DNA of 64,000 bases, from assembly GCA_018402525.1 (NCBI GenBank), contig JAGYIR010000013.1, forward strand, positions 29,390 to 93,389, in the 5' to 3' direction. The translations under genes were made by a program, and so were the position numbers. The DNA is from Crocinitomicaceae bacterium. Lineage in GTDB: Bacteria; Bacteroidota; Bacteroidia; Flavobacteriales_D; Crocinitomicaceae. This document shows, in pieces, positions 45,691 to 55,356 of this stretch; the first letter of the stretch is position 1, and each line of letters opens with the position of its first letter. The notes beneath the pieces are model-generated. The model was not told the origin of the DNA. It saw nothing but the letters and a program-made list of their open reading frames with translations, and made no database searches.

Positions 45691-47548
45691 ACTCAACTTT
45701 CGGTTGAAAATACCATCGCTCCTACTTCTATTTTTCGTGTCCTTTTCCTCCCTTTCGCAAGTTGAGGAATTAAAGAAAAAATACCCCAAACAAAAAGGTA
45801 AAGAACGAATTCTAACATTGCTTGATATTTGTTATTACCAAGCGTTAAGTGACAACGTTGATGCTATTTGCTACGGAAAAATGGCAGAAACAGAAGCTAA
45901 AAAATTAGGTGATTCTGCACTTTTGGCAAACGTATGGAACGATTGGAGTATCCCCTATTTTTACAGCGGTAACCTTGATTCCTCACTTTTATTAAACCAA
46001 CAGGCCCTAAAGTATCGGACGCAATTGAAAGATACGCTTGGAATGGCCAAGTCGCTTAATAAGATTGCAGGTACCTATTATGAAATGGGCGTGCACGATA
46101 AATCATTGAATGCTCATTTTAAATCCTTAAAATACTTTAAACAGCAAAATGCAACTCAGTATTTTGGCCAGGTGTATACAAACATAGGCAATATCTATGA
46201 CCGCATTAACAACCCAGAAAAAGGTTTAAAATACCATACGCTTTCTGTGAACGCAGCAAAAAAACACAACAATCTTCAAGCTGAAGCGATTGCTCAATTA
46301 AATAAAGCGAATAGCTTAAGAGCACTTAAAAGAACGGAGGAATCAAAGAAAGAATACTTCGATGTTTTGCCTTTATTAGAAGAACTCCAAATGGTAGAAC
46401 ATAAGGCAGGAGTTTATCAAGGGTTGGGAGTAATTGAACGAGACGCAAAAAATTTGAATGGAGCGATTGAGTATTATGAACTTGCTCTAAAGTACTATCG
46501 AGATGCAAATACAAAAGGGGGGATTTCATTGGTTTTAGTAAACCTTGGAAATTGTTATACCGATAAGAAAGATTATGTGAAGGCCGAGAAAATGTTAAAA
46601 GAAGGATTGGACTTGGCATTAGAAATGCATTCTTACTATAATATTCGACATGCCTATAAGTTCTTAACTCGTCTAGAAAACTTAAAAGGGAATTATGAAG
46701 AGGCTGACCAGTATTTTCAATTGTACGTGGAAAACATGGACTCTATCTATAATGATGAAAGCACCAAAGCACTTGCCGATATGCAAGTCAAATACGATAC
46801 AGAACAAAAGGAGTTAGCGCTTGCACAAGAAAAAATAAAAACAAAGAATGCAACAATTTGGTTGTTAATTGCAGGTATTTCCATCTTCCTGTTAACCGTT
46901 ATTGTGTGGCACATTAATCAACGGAAACGTTTTGAAAAAAGAAACGCAGAGCTTCAAAACTTGAGGAATTTAGAGCGAGAAAGAATTCGTATTGCACGTG
47001 ACTTGCACGACAATTTGGGAGCAGAGTTAATGATGATTACCTCAAAAGTGGACGCCAAATCATTTAAATCTACCAATGACGCTGAAAAACTCGAATTAGA
47101 AGAATTGGGCGCTATTTCTAGAAATGCCAATTTAGTATTACGCGAAACCATATGGTCCATTCATAAAGAAGTAATCACAATTGATGAACTCATTTCTAAA
47201 GTAAAGGAATACTGTAGTAGAGTTTTTTCCGACAGTCCAACCAACATTGACATTACTGGAAATGATATACATACGGAAATATCACCAGCAATCGCACTGC
47301 ACTTATTCAGAATAATTCAAGAATCTACCAACAACGCGTTTAAATATGCGAATTGTTCGAAAATCTCCATTCAAATTAGCCCCAATGAAGTTGTCATAAT
47401 TGATGACGGAAAAGGATTTGACAAAGCTGCTGTAAAGAAGGGGTACGGTTTGCAAAACATTGAAGTTCGAACACAGGAAATGGGTGCCAATTTAACAATT
47501 CATTCTTCAGAAGAAAATGGGACCTCCATTCGCATAAGGTATTCCTAA
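45650..47548 (+). CDS. TPR-repeat sensor histidine kinase (HisKA_3 + HATPase_c)
   Basis: TPR-like repeats, one TM helix (IWLLIAGISIFLLTVIVW), H-box RIARDLHDNLGAEL and an ATPase domain. Start uncertain: ATG at 45650 overlaps the regulator gene; TTG at 45704 gives MKIPSLLLLFFVSFSS. Confidence 0.85.
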   Translation: MKQLKKQKKVGYFELNFRLKIPSLLLLFFVSFSSLSQVEELKKKYPKQKGKERILTLLDICYYQALSDNVDAICYGKMAETEAKKLGDSALLANVWNDWSIPYFYSGNLDSSLLLNQQALKYRTQLKDTLGMAKSLNKIAGTYYEMGVHDKSLNAHFKSLKYFKQQNATQYFGQVYTNIGNIYDRINNPEKGLKYHTLSVNAAKKHNNLQAEAIAQLNKANSLRALKRTEESKKEYFDVLPLLEELQMVEHKAGVYQGLGVIERDAKNLNGAIEYYELALKYYRDANTKGGISLVLVNLGNCYTDKKDYVKAEKMLKEGLDLALEMHSYYNIRHAYKFLTRLENLKGNYEEADQYFQLYVENMDSIYNDESTKALADMQVKYDTEQKELALAQEKIKTKNATIWLLIAGISIFLLTVIVWHINQRKRFEKRNAELQNLRNLERERIRIARDLHDNLGAELMMITSKVDAKSFKSTNDAEKLELEELGAISRNANLVLRETIWSIHKEVITIDELISKVKEYCSRVFSDSPTNIDITGNDIHTEISPAIALHLFRIIQESTNNAFKYANCSKISIQISPNEVVIIDDGKGFDKAAVKKGYGLQNIEVRTQEMGANLTIHSSEENGTSIRIRYS

Positions 47549-48567
47549 TTCAGCGTCAATTCACCTCTTAAATTAGAACCCAACAGTTCTTTTGTGTTTG
47601 CTGAATTCAATGCAACCATAAGCTTAGTAACAGCCGCTTCAGTTGTCATATCCCTTCCACTGATAACACCTAAATCGTTAAACACTGCACTCGTGGCGTA
47701 CATACCTTGCTTTACACTACCTGAATTGCATTGTGTAATGTTGAGCACAATTCCACCTTTTCCAATAAAATCACTTAGCAAAGACCTAAAAATGGACGAT
47801 GTGGGTGCGTTCCCTGCACCAAATGATTCAAGGATTATAGCACTGACATTGGTTGGGTTAAAAAGTCCTTTGTACAACTCAAAGTTAATTCCAGGGTAGA
47901 GCTTCAACAGAACGACCTTGGTGTTGATGTCCATGTTGACCGTAAATTCTTGACTTTGCGTATGGTAAAATTTATCTTCGTTGTAGACAATGTGAACACC
48001 CGCGACTCCTAATGGAACGAAGTTCGGTGAACGAAACGCTTCAAAATTTTCTGCTGAGTCTTTGGTGCAACGATTTCCTCGGAAAAGTTGGTAATCAAAA
48101 TAGACTGCCACTTCTTGAATCAATGGAGCTCCATTTTTATTTTTCGCTGCGGCGATTTCAATAGCCGTAATCAAGTTTTCTTTACCGTCGGTGCGAATGG
48201 TTCCAATAGGTAATTGAGATCCCGTGAAAATGATCGGTTTCTTCAAGCCGTCAAACATAAAGCTCAATGCTGATGCTGAATATGCCATTGTATCTGAGCC
48301 GTGCAATACGACAAACCCATCAAATTGTGCGTAGCGATCGCGAATAATCGTCGCCAAAGTTTTCCAGTTTTCCACACCAATTTCTGATGAATCTACTGGG
48401 TGTTCAAAGCTAACTGTTTCTATATCTACATTGAAGCGTTTCAATTCAGGAACATGGTTGTAAATCAAATTGAAATCAACGCTTTTTAATTGCGCCGTTT
48501 CAGGATCTTTCATCATTCCAATGGTTCCTCCAGTATATATGACAAGTATGTTCGCTTTTTGATTCAT
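47545..48567 (-). CDS. ansA: Type I (cytoplasmic) L-asparaginase
   Basis: VIYTGGTIGM, HGSDTMAYSA and LNITQC motifs. ATG at 48567 (MNQKANILVIY). Confidence 0.9.
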   Translation of the reverse strand: MNQKANILVIYTGGTIGMMKDPETAQLKSVDFNLIYNHVPELKRFNVDIETVSFEHPVDSSEIGVENWKTLATIIRDRYAQFDGFVVLHGSDTMAYSASALSFMFDGLKKPIIFTGSQLPIGTIRTDGKENLITAIEIAAAKNKNGAPLIQEVAVYFDYQLFRGNRCTKDSAENFEAFRSPNFVPLGVAGVHIVYNEDKFYHTQSQEFTVNMDINTKVVLLKLYPGINFELYKGLFNPTNVSAIILESFGAGNAPTSSIFRSLLSDFIGKGGIVLNITQCNSGSVKQGMYATSAVFNDLGVISGRDMTTEAAVTKLMVALNSANTKELLGSNLRGELTLN

Positions 48568-48577
48568 CTTCTTCACT

Positions 48578-49351
48578 TTAATTACCAAGTTGAAATAATT
48601 CAACCGCATTTTTTGTCGTTTGTTCTTCGATTTGCTTCAGTGAACAGCCATAAATTTCTGCCAATTTCTCTGCAACATGCAAAAGATACGCACTTTCATT
48701 GCGCTTCCCACGATGTGGAACTGGAGGAAGATAAGGTGAATCCGTTTCAAGCACAATGTATTCCAATGGAACATTTTTAAGTGATTCGTCGAGTTTGGCG
48801 TTTTTATAGGTCAGTACGCCGCCTAATCCCAATTTAAATCCACCGTATCCAATAATCTTTGCTGCATCATCAGCTGTTCCTGTGAAACAGTGAAACACGC
48901 CTGTTAGACGTTCATCGTTTAGTTCATCTACAATCTCAAAAATCTCTTGAAATGCTTCACGTGCATGGATGACAATTGGCAATTTCAATTTCTTCGCCCA
49001 TTCGATGTGTGTTCGGAAAACTTTTTTCTGCGCTTCGATGTGTGTTTTATCCCAGTACAGATCCATTCCGATCTCACCAACAGCAACGTATTTTCCCGAG
49101 AACAAATGAGTGCGGATCGTCTCAAGTTTAGTTTCCCAATTAGCGTCGACAGAACCAGGATGAAGCCCCATCATTGGAAAACAATTTGTTGGAAAGGCTC
49201 TTGCTAACTGATGCATAGCTTCAACGGTATCGACATCAATGTTCGGTAATAACATCATCTCAACCCCAGCATCTATTGCTCGTTTAATAACAATATTTCT
49301 GTCTTCGTTAAACTCCTCTACGAAAAGATGTGTGTGTGTGTCAATAAACAT
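48578..49351 (-). CDS. tatD: TatD family metal-dependent hydrolase
   Basis: FIDTHTHL start, with HxH, E, H, H and D metal ligands in TatD order. Confidence 0.9.
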   Translation of the reverse strand: MFIDTHTHLFVEEFNEDRNIVIKRAIDAGVEMMLLPNIDVDTVEAMHQLARAFPTNCFPMMGLHPGSVDANWETKLETIRTHLFSGKYVAVGEIGMDLYWDKTHIEAQKKVFRTHIEWAKKLKLPIVIHAREAFQEIFEIVDELNDERLTGVFHCFTGTADDAAKIIGYGGFKLGLGGVLTYKNAKLDESLKNVPLEYIVLETDSPYLPPVPHRGKRNESAYLLHVAEKLAEIYGCSLKQIEEQTTKNAVELFQLGN

Positions 49352-49360
49352 TGGATCAGC

Positions 49361-50107
49361 TTAATAAAGTGACAGGCTCAATCCCATCTGAACAAGATTC
49401 AATTGTGTGCTTTGCTTATTGGAAAAAATGGTATTGAAATTATAACTCGCAAAAAGCGCCCAATTTCTCATTCCAATGCGCACATGTGTGGAATAAATAA
49501 GTCGATTTACATCGTAAAACTCATTGCTTTTGAGAATTTTTGTATGGTCATTGGAGTGAATGCGGTACTTCGAATTCAAGGTTGCTTGGTAACCAATTTT
49601 ACCTCCCACGTGGAATTTGAAGTGTTTCCAGCTTGCATTTCTGAATCTCAATTCAATTGGCACTGAGAAGCTATTCCCTGTCAGTGAACTACGTGAAAAA
49701 ACATCGTTTGTATCTTTTTCATAGAAAACAGTTGTCTTTTGTACTTGATCTGAAACTAAATGTGCATTATGTCGAATAGTTGTAAACTGATGTGAAACCC
49801 CAATTGCCAGAGCAACTGTATTTCCTTTGGAAAGTGGAATATCGAACATCACATTGGTATTCAATCCCAGCGAAGCCCAGTGATTTTTAAAAGGTCCTCT
49901 ATCTCCCAGCCAATCGTTGTAGGTCAAGTCGAAAATGAGTCGATCGTATTTACGGGCTTTACCTTCCTTCCCTGGTCGCACTCCTGTATAAAACCAAAAT
50001 GCTCCGGGGCGGAAACGCGAAATTTCATCCCTACCCTTTCCGTCGTATTGAGCGTTCGCTCCAAACAACAAAAAGCAGGTTATGAATGTTATTATAAACT
50101 TACTCAT
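49361..50107 (-). CDS. Predicted small outer-membrane beta-barrel protein
   Basis: Signal peptide, alternating beta-strand pattern, C-terminal ...LSLSLY. Family not recognised. Confidence 0.45.
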   Translation of the reverse strand: MSKFIITFITCFLLFGANAQYDGKGRDEISRFRPGAFWFYTGVRPGKEGKARKYDRLIFDLTYNDWLGDRGPFKNHWASLGLNTNVMFDIPLSKGNTVALAIGVSHQFTTIRHNAHLVSDQVQKTTVFYEKDTNDVFSRSSLTGNSFSVPIELRFRNASWKHFKFHVGGKIGYQATLNSKYRIHSNDHTKILKSNEFYDVNRLIYSTHVRIGMRNWALFASYNFNTIFSNKQSTQLNLVQMGLSLSLY

Positions 50108-51128
50108 TTCTTCTTTTTAACTCCCAGTTCCATGCATCGAAAATGGCATCTTTCACATTTCGATTTGCTTTCCAATCTAACAATTGTTCTGCTTTCGTAA
50201 CATCTGCGTAAATCTCAGGGACATCACCCTCTCTTCTGTTTCCAAATTCCCAATTTAGCAGTTGTTCCGAAACTTTTTCGAAAATATGAATTATTTCCAA
50301 AACACTCGTTCCCTTTCCTGTACCAATATTCACCGTATCTGTCATGTTTGAGTTTTGCTTCATCAGCCATTCTAACCCTTTTACGTGCGCATTTGCTACA
50401 TCGCAGACATGCACATAATCACGGACACATGTTCCATCGTGCGTCGGATAATCATTTCCAAAAACAATCAATTTTTCGAGTGTGCCAATTGCTGTTTGCG
50501 TAACATAAGGTAACAGGTTATTCGGTTTTCCAATGGGCAATTCACCAATTAGTCCTGTATCATGTGCACCAATGGGATTAAAGTAGCGCAGTTTTAAAAT
50601 TTTCAGTTCAGCACCACTATTGATGACATCGTTGATTATTTCTTCGCCAATCTGTTTCGTATTTCCATAAGGTGAGTTTGCTGGTTGCACAGAAGTGTTT
50701 TCTGTCACCACGTTTACTCCTTTTGGTTCACCATACACCGTGCAAGACGAAGAAAATACGATATCATGAACCTTATAAATCTGCGCTAATTCTAAACAAT
50801 TGAGAAGTCCATCCAGGTTGTTGCGGTAATACTTGATCGGTTCGAGAACGGATTCACCCACTGCTTTGTACGCTGCGAAATGAATAATACCAACGAACGA
50901 AAACTCGATAAAAATATTTTCAAATGCGTTGAAATTGCAGACATCAATTTTTCTATAAATGATGTCGGTCTTGGTAATTTTTTCCAACCCTTCGATAACA
51001 GAGTAATGTGAATTTCGGAAATCATCCACAATCACTGGAGTGAATCCATTTTCATACAATTCGACGACGGTGTGAGAGCCGATGTAACCCGCCCCACCCG
51101 TTACTAAAATGTATTTTGAATCCTTCAT
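50100..51128 (-). CDS. galE: UDP-glucose 4-epimerase
   Basis: VTGGAGYIGSH Rossmann motif, the YGNTK (YxxxK) catalytic motif and GalE length. Confidence 0.9.
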   Translation of the reverse strand: MKDSKYILVTGGAGYIGSHTVVELYENGFTPVIVDDFRNSHYSVIEGLEKITKTDIIYRKIDVCNFNAFENIFIEFSFVGIIHFAAYKAVGESVLEPIKYYRNNLDGLLNCLELAQIYKVHDIVFSSSCTVYGEPKGVNVVTENTSVQPANSPYGNTKQIGEEIINDVINSGAELKILKLRYFNPIGAHDTGLIGELPIGKPNNLLPYVTQTAIGTLEKLIVFGNDYPTHDGTCVRDYVHVCDVANAHVKGLEWLMKQNSNMTDTVNIGTGKGTSVLEIIHIFEKVSEQLLNWEFGNRREGDVPEIYADVTKAEQLLDWKANRNVKDAIFDAWNWELKRRNE

Positions 51129-51164
51129 TGTTCAAAGGTAAGAGAAATGAATTAATTTTAAGGT

Positions 51165-51359
51165 ATGGAAGAAGAACGTAAGATCGATTTTAAAAAATAT
51201 ACCTCCTCGCCTGTTTCGAAGATGTATTTGCTTCGGATTGTCTTCTACATTGTCTTGTTAGTGGTTCTCTTATCGGTCTTCTTTTCGCAGCGACCCGACA
51301 AGCACCAACCAAAAAAATCAATTGAAACGATTGAGAACATCACAATTGATGTCGAGTGA
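51165..51359 (+). CDS. Small single-TM hypothetical protein
   Basis: 64 aa ORF with one clear TM helix (LLRIVFYIVLLVVLLSVFF), followed by a strong hairpin. Confidence 0.4.
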   Translation: MEEERKIDFKKYTSSPVSKMYLLRIVFYIVLLVVLLSVFFSQRPDKHQPKKSIETIENITIDVE

Positions 51360-51366
51360 TACGAAA

Positions 51367-51414
51367 AAAGGCGAAAAATCAATTCATGTTGTCATGAACG
51401 TCATTTTCGCCTTT
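51367..51414. terminator. Bidirectional terminator between convergent genes
   Basis: 11-bp stem AAAGGCGAAAA/TTTTCGCCTTT enclosing a second hairpin, TTCATG-TTGT-CATGAA. Confidence 0.65.
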
Positions 51415-51438
51415 CAATGAATTAAATTTTTTCTACGA

Positions 51439-51975
51439 TTATACTTTCATTCCTTTCACGACGCGATCTTTACGCTTCGTTTTCTGAAGTTTTTTACGGA
51501 TGACTTGAAGGTAAGCTGTAGCACTTGCCTGCGTAGCAGTGTACAACTCATTCCCATAAGAAACAGTTCCTCTCGCCGCACCGTTGTTCCAATCTGCCAC
51601 TAGGTAATATTTTCCGTTCACAGAATTATCACGCATCGCAAATGTGATCGTCTTTCCAACACCGACTTCAAATCTTAGCACTAAAGCTCCTCCCTCACCG
51701 TAACTTTCAAAAACACATTTTGTTCCAGCGGGAATAATTACTCTGTCCTGTGTATTACTAGAAGATTCAACCAAAGTTCCATCTTCATTCGTGCCTACAT
51801 TTCCAGATTTTTTGTTTTTCTCAAAAATAATTGTCGAGGAAGTCAAAAACTGTACTTTTTTGATTGTTTTTTCAGAATCCAAACCGAATTCGTCTCTGAT
51901 TTCATTTGTATAAGGTACACGAGCACCACAACTAGTTAAAAGAATACCGATAATTGCTATTACTACGTACTTCAT
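51439..51975 (-). CDS. Hypothetical lipoprotein
   Basis: MKYVVIAIIGILLTSCGA lipobox, starting at the ATG at 51975 (the ORF track extends to a TTG at 51993). Confidence 0.55.
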   Translation of the reverse strand: MKYVVIAIIGILLTSCGARVPYTNEIRDEFGLDSEKTIKKVQFLTSSTIIFEKNKKSGNVGTNEDGTLVESSSNTQDRVIIPAGTKCVFESYGEGGALVLRFEVGVGKTITFAMRDNSVNGKYYLVADWNNGAARGTVSYGNELYTATQASATAYLQVIRKKLQKTKRKDRVVKGMKV

Positions 51976-52079
51976 ATCTCTATTTTTTTCCAAATATAAC
52001 GAATTGATTTCTTCAAAAACAATGCCTAAATGATATCATTCTTAAAAACATTCTATTTTTGTGCTAAAGTTCGTAAGAA

Positions 52080-52724
52080 ATGAGTGTGACTGTCCAAAAA
52101 TTTTGCTTTAATCCTTTTCAAGAAAATACGTACATCGTGCATAACTCAAGGTCGTGTGTAATAATTGATCCGGGTTGTTATGAAAAGTCTGAGCAGACTG
52201 AATTACTCAATTATATCACATCCAATAATTTAACTCCTGTCGCTCTTTTGCTGACACATGCGCATATCGATCATGTGCTTGGTTGTGCTTTCGTACTTTC
52301 TCAATTTGAGATAGATTTTTATATCCATAAAGAAGACTTACCGACGCTTCATGCCGTTCCAAACTATGCGCATGTGTATGGATTTCCAGGATATACGCCA
52401 CCCGCTGAACCGAACAAGATTTTGAACGGTGGTGAACAATTGGACTTTGACGGGATAACATTTGACGTGTTATTCACACCTGGACATTCAGTTGGACATG
52501 TCGTTTATTACAATGCTGAACAAGGTTTTGTGATTAACGGTGATGTTCTTTTCGCTGGCAGTTTTGGACGTGTTGATTTACCTGGAGGTGATATGGATAC
52601 GTTGAAGGACAGTATTTTCAATACGATGTTTAATCTTCCAGATGCTACTGTAGTTTATTGTGGGCACGGTGCAGAAACGACGATCGGTCAAGAAAAAAAG
52701 ACCAATTACATTCACCAGTTTTAA
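52080..52724 (+). CDS. MBL-fold metallo-hydrolase (glyoxalase II-like)
   Basis: THAHIDH motif, later H and D ligands, 214 aa. Confidence 0.85.
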   Translation: MSVTVQKFCFNPFQENTYIVHNSRSCVIIDPGCYEKSEQTELLNYITSNNLTPVALLLTHAHIDHVLGCAFVLSQFEIDFYIHKEDLPTLHAVPNYAHVYGFPGYTPPAEPNKILNGGEQLDFDGITFDVLFTPGHSVGHVVYYNAEQGFVINGDVLFAGSFGRVDLPGGDMDTLKDSIFNTMFNLPDATVVYCGHGAETTIGQEKKTNYIHQF

Positions 52725-53851
52725 TGAGAATCGCGGTCAATACTCGGTTTTTGCTTTCCAATAAAATGGAAGGATTTGGCTGGTACACCTATGAAGTAAC
52801 CAAACGACTCGTTGAGCAACACCCCGAACATGAATTTGTGTTCTTTTTTGACCGTACCTTCGATGAAAAATTCATTTTTGGAAAAAACGTAACGCCTGTT
52901 GTTTTAAATCCACCAGCGCGACATCCAATTCTATTCTACATTTGGAATGAAATCGCGGTGCGTAGAGCGCTGAAAAAACACAAGATTGATGTCTATTTTT
53001 CACCCGATGGTTATTTGTCATTGAAAAGTGATGTACCTCAAGTAAACGTTATTCACGATATCAACTTTGAGCATAATCCGTTGGATGTCCCAAAACGATT
53101 ACGAAACTATCTGCGTCACTATTTTCCCAAATTCGCAAAAAAGGCAAAACACATTCTAACAGTTTCGGAATATTCTAAGCAAGATATTTGTGCCACGTAC
53201 GGAATTTCACCTGATAAAATTACGGTCGCTTGGAACGGCGCTTCAGAAGTCTTTCAACCCATTGATGCGAGCACGAAAAAAGAAATCGAACAATGCTATT
53301 CTGAAGGTAAGCCTTATTTCTTATTCGTTGGTGCTATTCACCCTCGAAAGAACGTACATCGCTTAATTCAAGCCTTTGAGCAGTTTAAAAACAATAATCC
53401 TACCAGTGAACATCAACTTTTAATTGTTGGAGAAGCATTGTTTTCTAAGTCATTTGATGCGCTGACGTTATCAGCAAAGGTTCAGCAAGACATTAAATTT
53501 ACAGGACATTTGGCGCTAGATGAATTAGCAAAAGTAATGGCAGCTGCTGAAGTTTTTACGTTTGTTCCTTATTTCGAGGGATTTGGAATTCCACTCGTTG
53601 AGGCGATGCGCTGTGGGACACCAGTTTTATCGGGGAATTTAACTTCTCTTCCCGAAGTAGGTGGCGATGCTGTGTTGTATTGCGATCCCATGGATGTAAA
53701 CGACATCGCTGAGAAGTTAACCTTGCTCACATTCGACAGTGAACTGCAAGCGACACTGCGCAGAAAAGGATTGGAAAGAAGCCAACTTTTTTCTTGGGAT
53801 AACACGTCGAAGGTTGCTTGGGAGGTGATTGAAAAGGCTGTGAAGAAGTAA
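52724..53851 (+). CDS. Glycosyltransferase family 1 (GT4-type)
   Basis: MRIAVNTRFL start overlapping the upstream stop (TAATG). EGFGIPLVEAM E-x7-E motif. Confidence 0.88.
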   Translation: MRIAVNTRFLLSNKMEGFGWYTYEVTKRLVEQHPEHEFVFFFDRTFDEKFIFGKNVTPVVLNPPARHPILFYIWNEIAVRRALKKHKIDVYFSPDGYLSLKSDVPQVNVIHDINFEHNPLDVPKRLRNYLRHYFPKFAKKAKHILTVSEYSKQDICATYGISPDKITVAWNGASEVFQPIDASTKKEIEQCYSEGKPYFLFVGAIHPRKNVHRLIQAFEQFKNNNPTSEHQLLIVGEALFSKSFDALTLSAKVQQDIKFTGHLALDELAKVMAAAEVFTFVPYFEGFGIPLVEAMRCGTPVLSGNLTSLPEVGGDAVLYCDPMDVNDIAEKLTLLTFDSELQATLRRKGLERSQLFSWDNTSKVAWEVIEKAVKK

Positions 53852-53922
53852 GGAGTGACGGATTAATTCGCTCCAAAATGCATCTTTAAAAAATTTTTAA
53901 CTTTGTCCAAAAAACATTCATT

Positions 53923-54939
53923 GTGGCTAAAATCTCTACTATTATTCTGTTTCTTTTCATTTTAATTTCTTGTGGATCGGTAAAAAAAATTGATGTCTCT
54001 TCAATTCGGACGATCTATCTGGAACACAATCCCATCTTGCCATTGAACTATGGCGGAAAAATTGAAGGGAAAATAAAAGCAATTACCACCGATGGTGAAG
54101 AGATTGACATTACGAATAATCGTCATTTGACACTTACCTCTAACGATGTTGTTCAACGCGGCAAAGTGTTTGAAATTGTAAAGCACCCCAATTCTTTTAA
54201 CGACCAATTTCTTCGCTTATCTTATACCTATGTTAACAAAGAAGAGGTGTTGGTTATTTCGGACTCCATTCAACTTAACTTGCGTGGCGATTTGCGCATA
54301 GATGGAAGCGGTGCCGATGGTCTGAATGGTGTAAATCAATCGAACCGAAGCACTCCGCTGGTATTTAGAGATGGGAAGGATGGCGAGCATGGCACCGACG
54401 GTCAGCATGGCAGTTCTGCAGAGAATTACATCGGTTATATCTGGAAAGAAGGAAGCGATTATTATGTGTATGTTCAAAACATTATCACAAAAGAAGAATG
54501 GAAGTATATCAGCCGTGAACCGAGCAAAATTCTATTCGATCTTTCTGGAGGAGATGGTGGAAATGGAGGTAACGGTGGAGACGGTAGCAACGGAAAAGAC
54601 GGTGAATTGGACGGTGAGAAATCAAAACGTCCTGGGAACGGTGGAAATGCTGGAAACGGTGGAAGTGGCGGAAATGGGGGAAGCGCTGGTTCCATCGTAC
54701 TTTTTCTACACTCAAATGCTGCAGAACTGGAATCAAAAATTTCTTTTGATATGTCAGCTGGCAATGCTGGAAGAGCTGGAGAAAAAGGTAAACCGGGATT
54801 GCCTGGCAAGGCACTCGCTGGTCAAGTGGCAGGTATAAAAGGGCGAATAGGTGTCAATGGGTTGACTGGAATGCGTGGGCAAGATGGTCAAGTGCCCGAA
54901 ATTGCCATTCAAGAGTTTGATTTTAGTGGGTATAAATGA
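53923..54939 (+). CDS. Lipoprotein with glycine-rich / collagen-like (G-X-Y) segments
   Basis: GTG start and lipobox LFILISCGS. Contains GGDGGNGGNGGDGSNGKDG, GNGGNAGNGGSGGNGGSAG and GRAGEKGKPGLPG...GIKGRIGVNGLTGMRGQDG. Confidence 0.65.
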   Translation: MAKISTIILFLFILISCGSVKKIDVSSIRTIYLEHNPILPLNYGGKIEGKIKAITTDGEEIDITNNRHLTLTSNDVVQRGKVFEIVKHPNSFNDQFLRLSYTYVNKEEVLVISDSIQLNLRGDLRIDGSGADGLNGVNQSNRSTPLVFRDGKDGEHGTDGQHGSSAENYIGYIWKEGSDYYVYVQNIITKEEWKYISREPSKILFDLSGGDGGNGGNGGDGSNGKDGELDGEKSKRPGNGGNAGNGGSGGNGGSAGSIVLFLHSNAAELESKISFDMSAGNAGRAGEKGKPGLPGKALAGQVAGIKGRIGVNGLTGMRGQDGQVPEIAIQEFDFSGYK

Positions 54940-54947
54940 TAAGGGGT

Positions 54948-55005
54948 TAGTGACTATTTGCTAGTGGCTAGTGACTGGTTTTTAGTGACTGGTGGCGGGG
55001 TGACT
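54948..55005. repeat. Cluster of five (T)AGTG(A/G)CT direct-repeat motifs
   Basis: TAGTGACT at 54948, 54969 and 54983; TAGTGGCT at 54962; GGTGACT at 54999. Confidence 0.6.
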
Positions 55006-55216
55006 ACATTTTATTTAAACCAACGAAGCGTAAGCTTTCATCCTTAATGAGGATACCTATTCCAAAGGTTACAGCTCTTCTATTGTTTGCGTTATTTAGG
55101 ATAGAGGCGAGTTGACTTTTATAATTAATGGTAATGCAAAAGCCTCAAAAATAAGTGGCATGATACATTGAAAAACACCAAAATTTGGGACAACAGGAGA
55201 AGCGACTAACAATTGT

Positions 55217-55238
55217 ATAATAGGAACGTTCCTATTAT
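55217..55238. promoter_or_regulatory. Perfect 22-bp palindrome ATAATAGGAACGTTCCTATTAT
   Basis: Read directly. Lies in a 416-bp ORF-free gap between convergent genes. Confidence 0.35.
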
Positions 55239-55356
55239 CCGCACTACATATTTCCAACACCAAAAAACTCAAAAAAGCTTACATCACTTTTTATAAGCGA
55301 TAGTTACCGTTTGTAATTAATTGTGCTGGTGTTTTACAAATAGGGTAAAGTAGCAT

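Noticed and set aside
45650-45703. 41-nt overlap of the TPR kinase ORF with the LuxR regulator gene as a sign of a frameshift or fusion
   Set aside because: An in-frame TTG at 45704 gives a clean hydrophobic N-terminus (MKIPSLLLLFFVSFSS) just after the regulator stop. The overlap is more simply explained by the ORF caller choosing the longest ATG.
54371-54838. Overlapping ORFs on both strands across the collagen-like gene (54371-54838 +, 54474-54809 -, 54509-54814 -)
   Set aside because: These are compositional artefacts of the GGN/GNG repeats. Only the frame with the lipobox and coherent N-terminal domain is credible.
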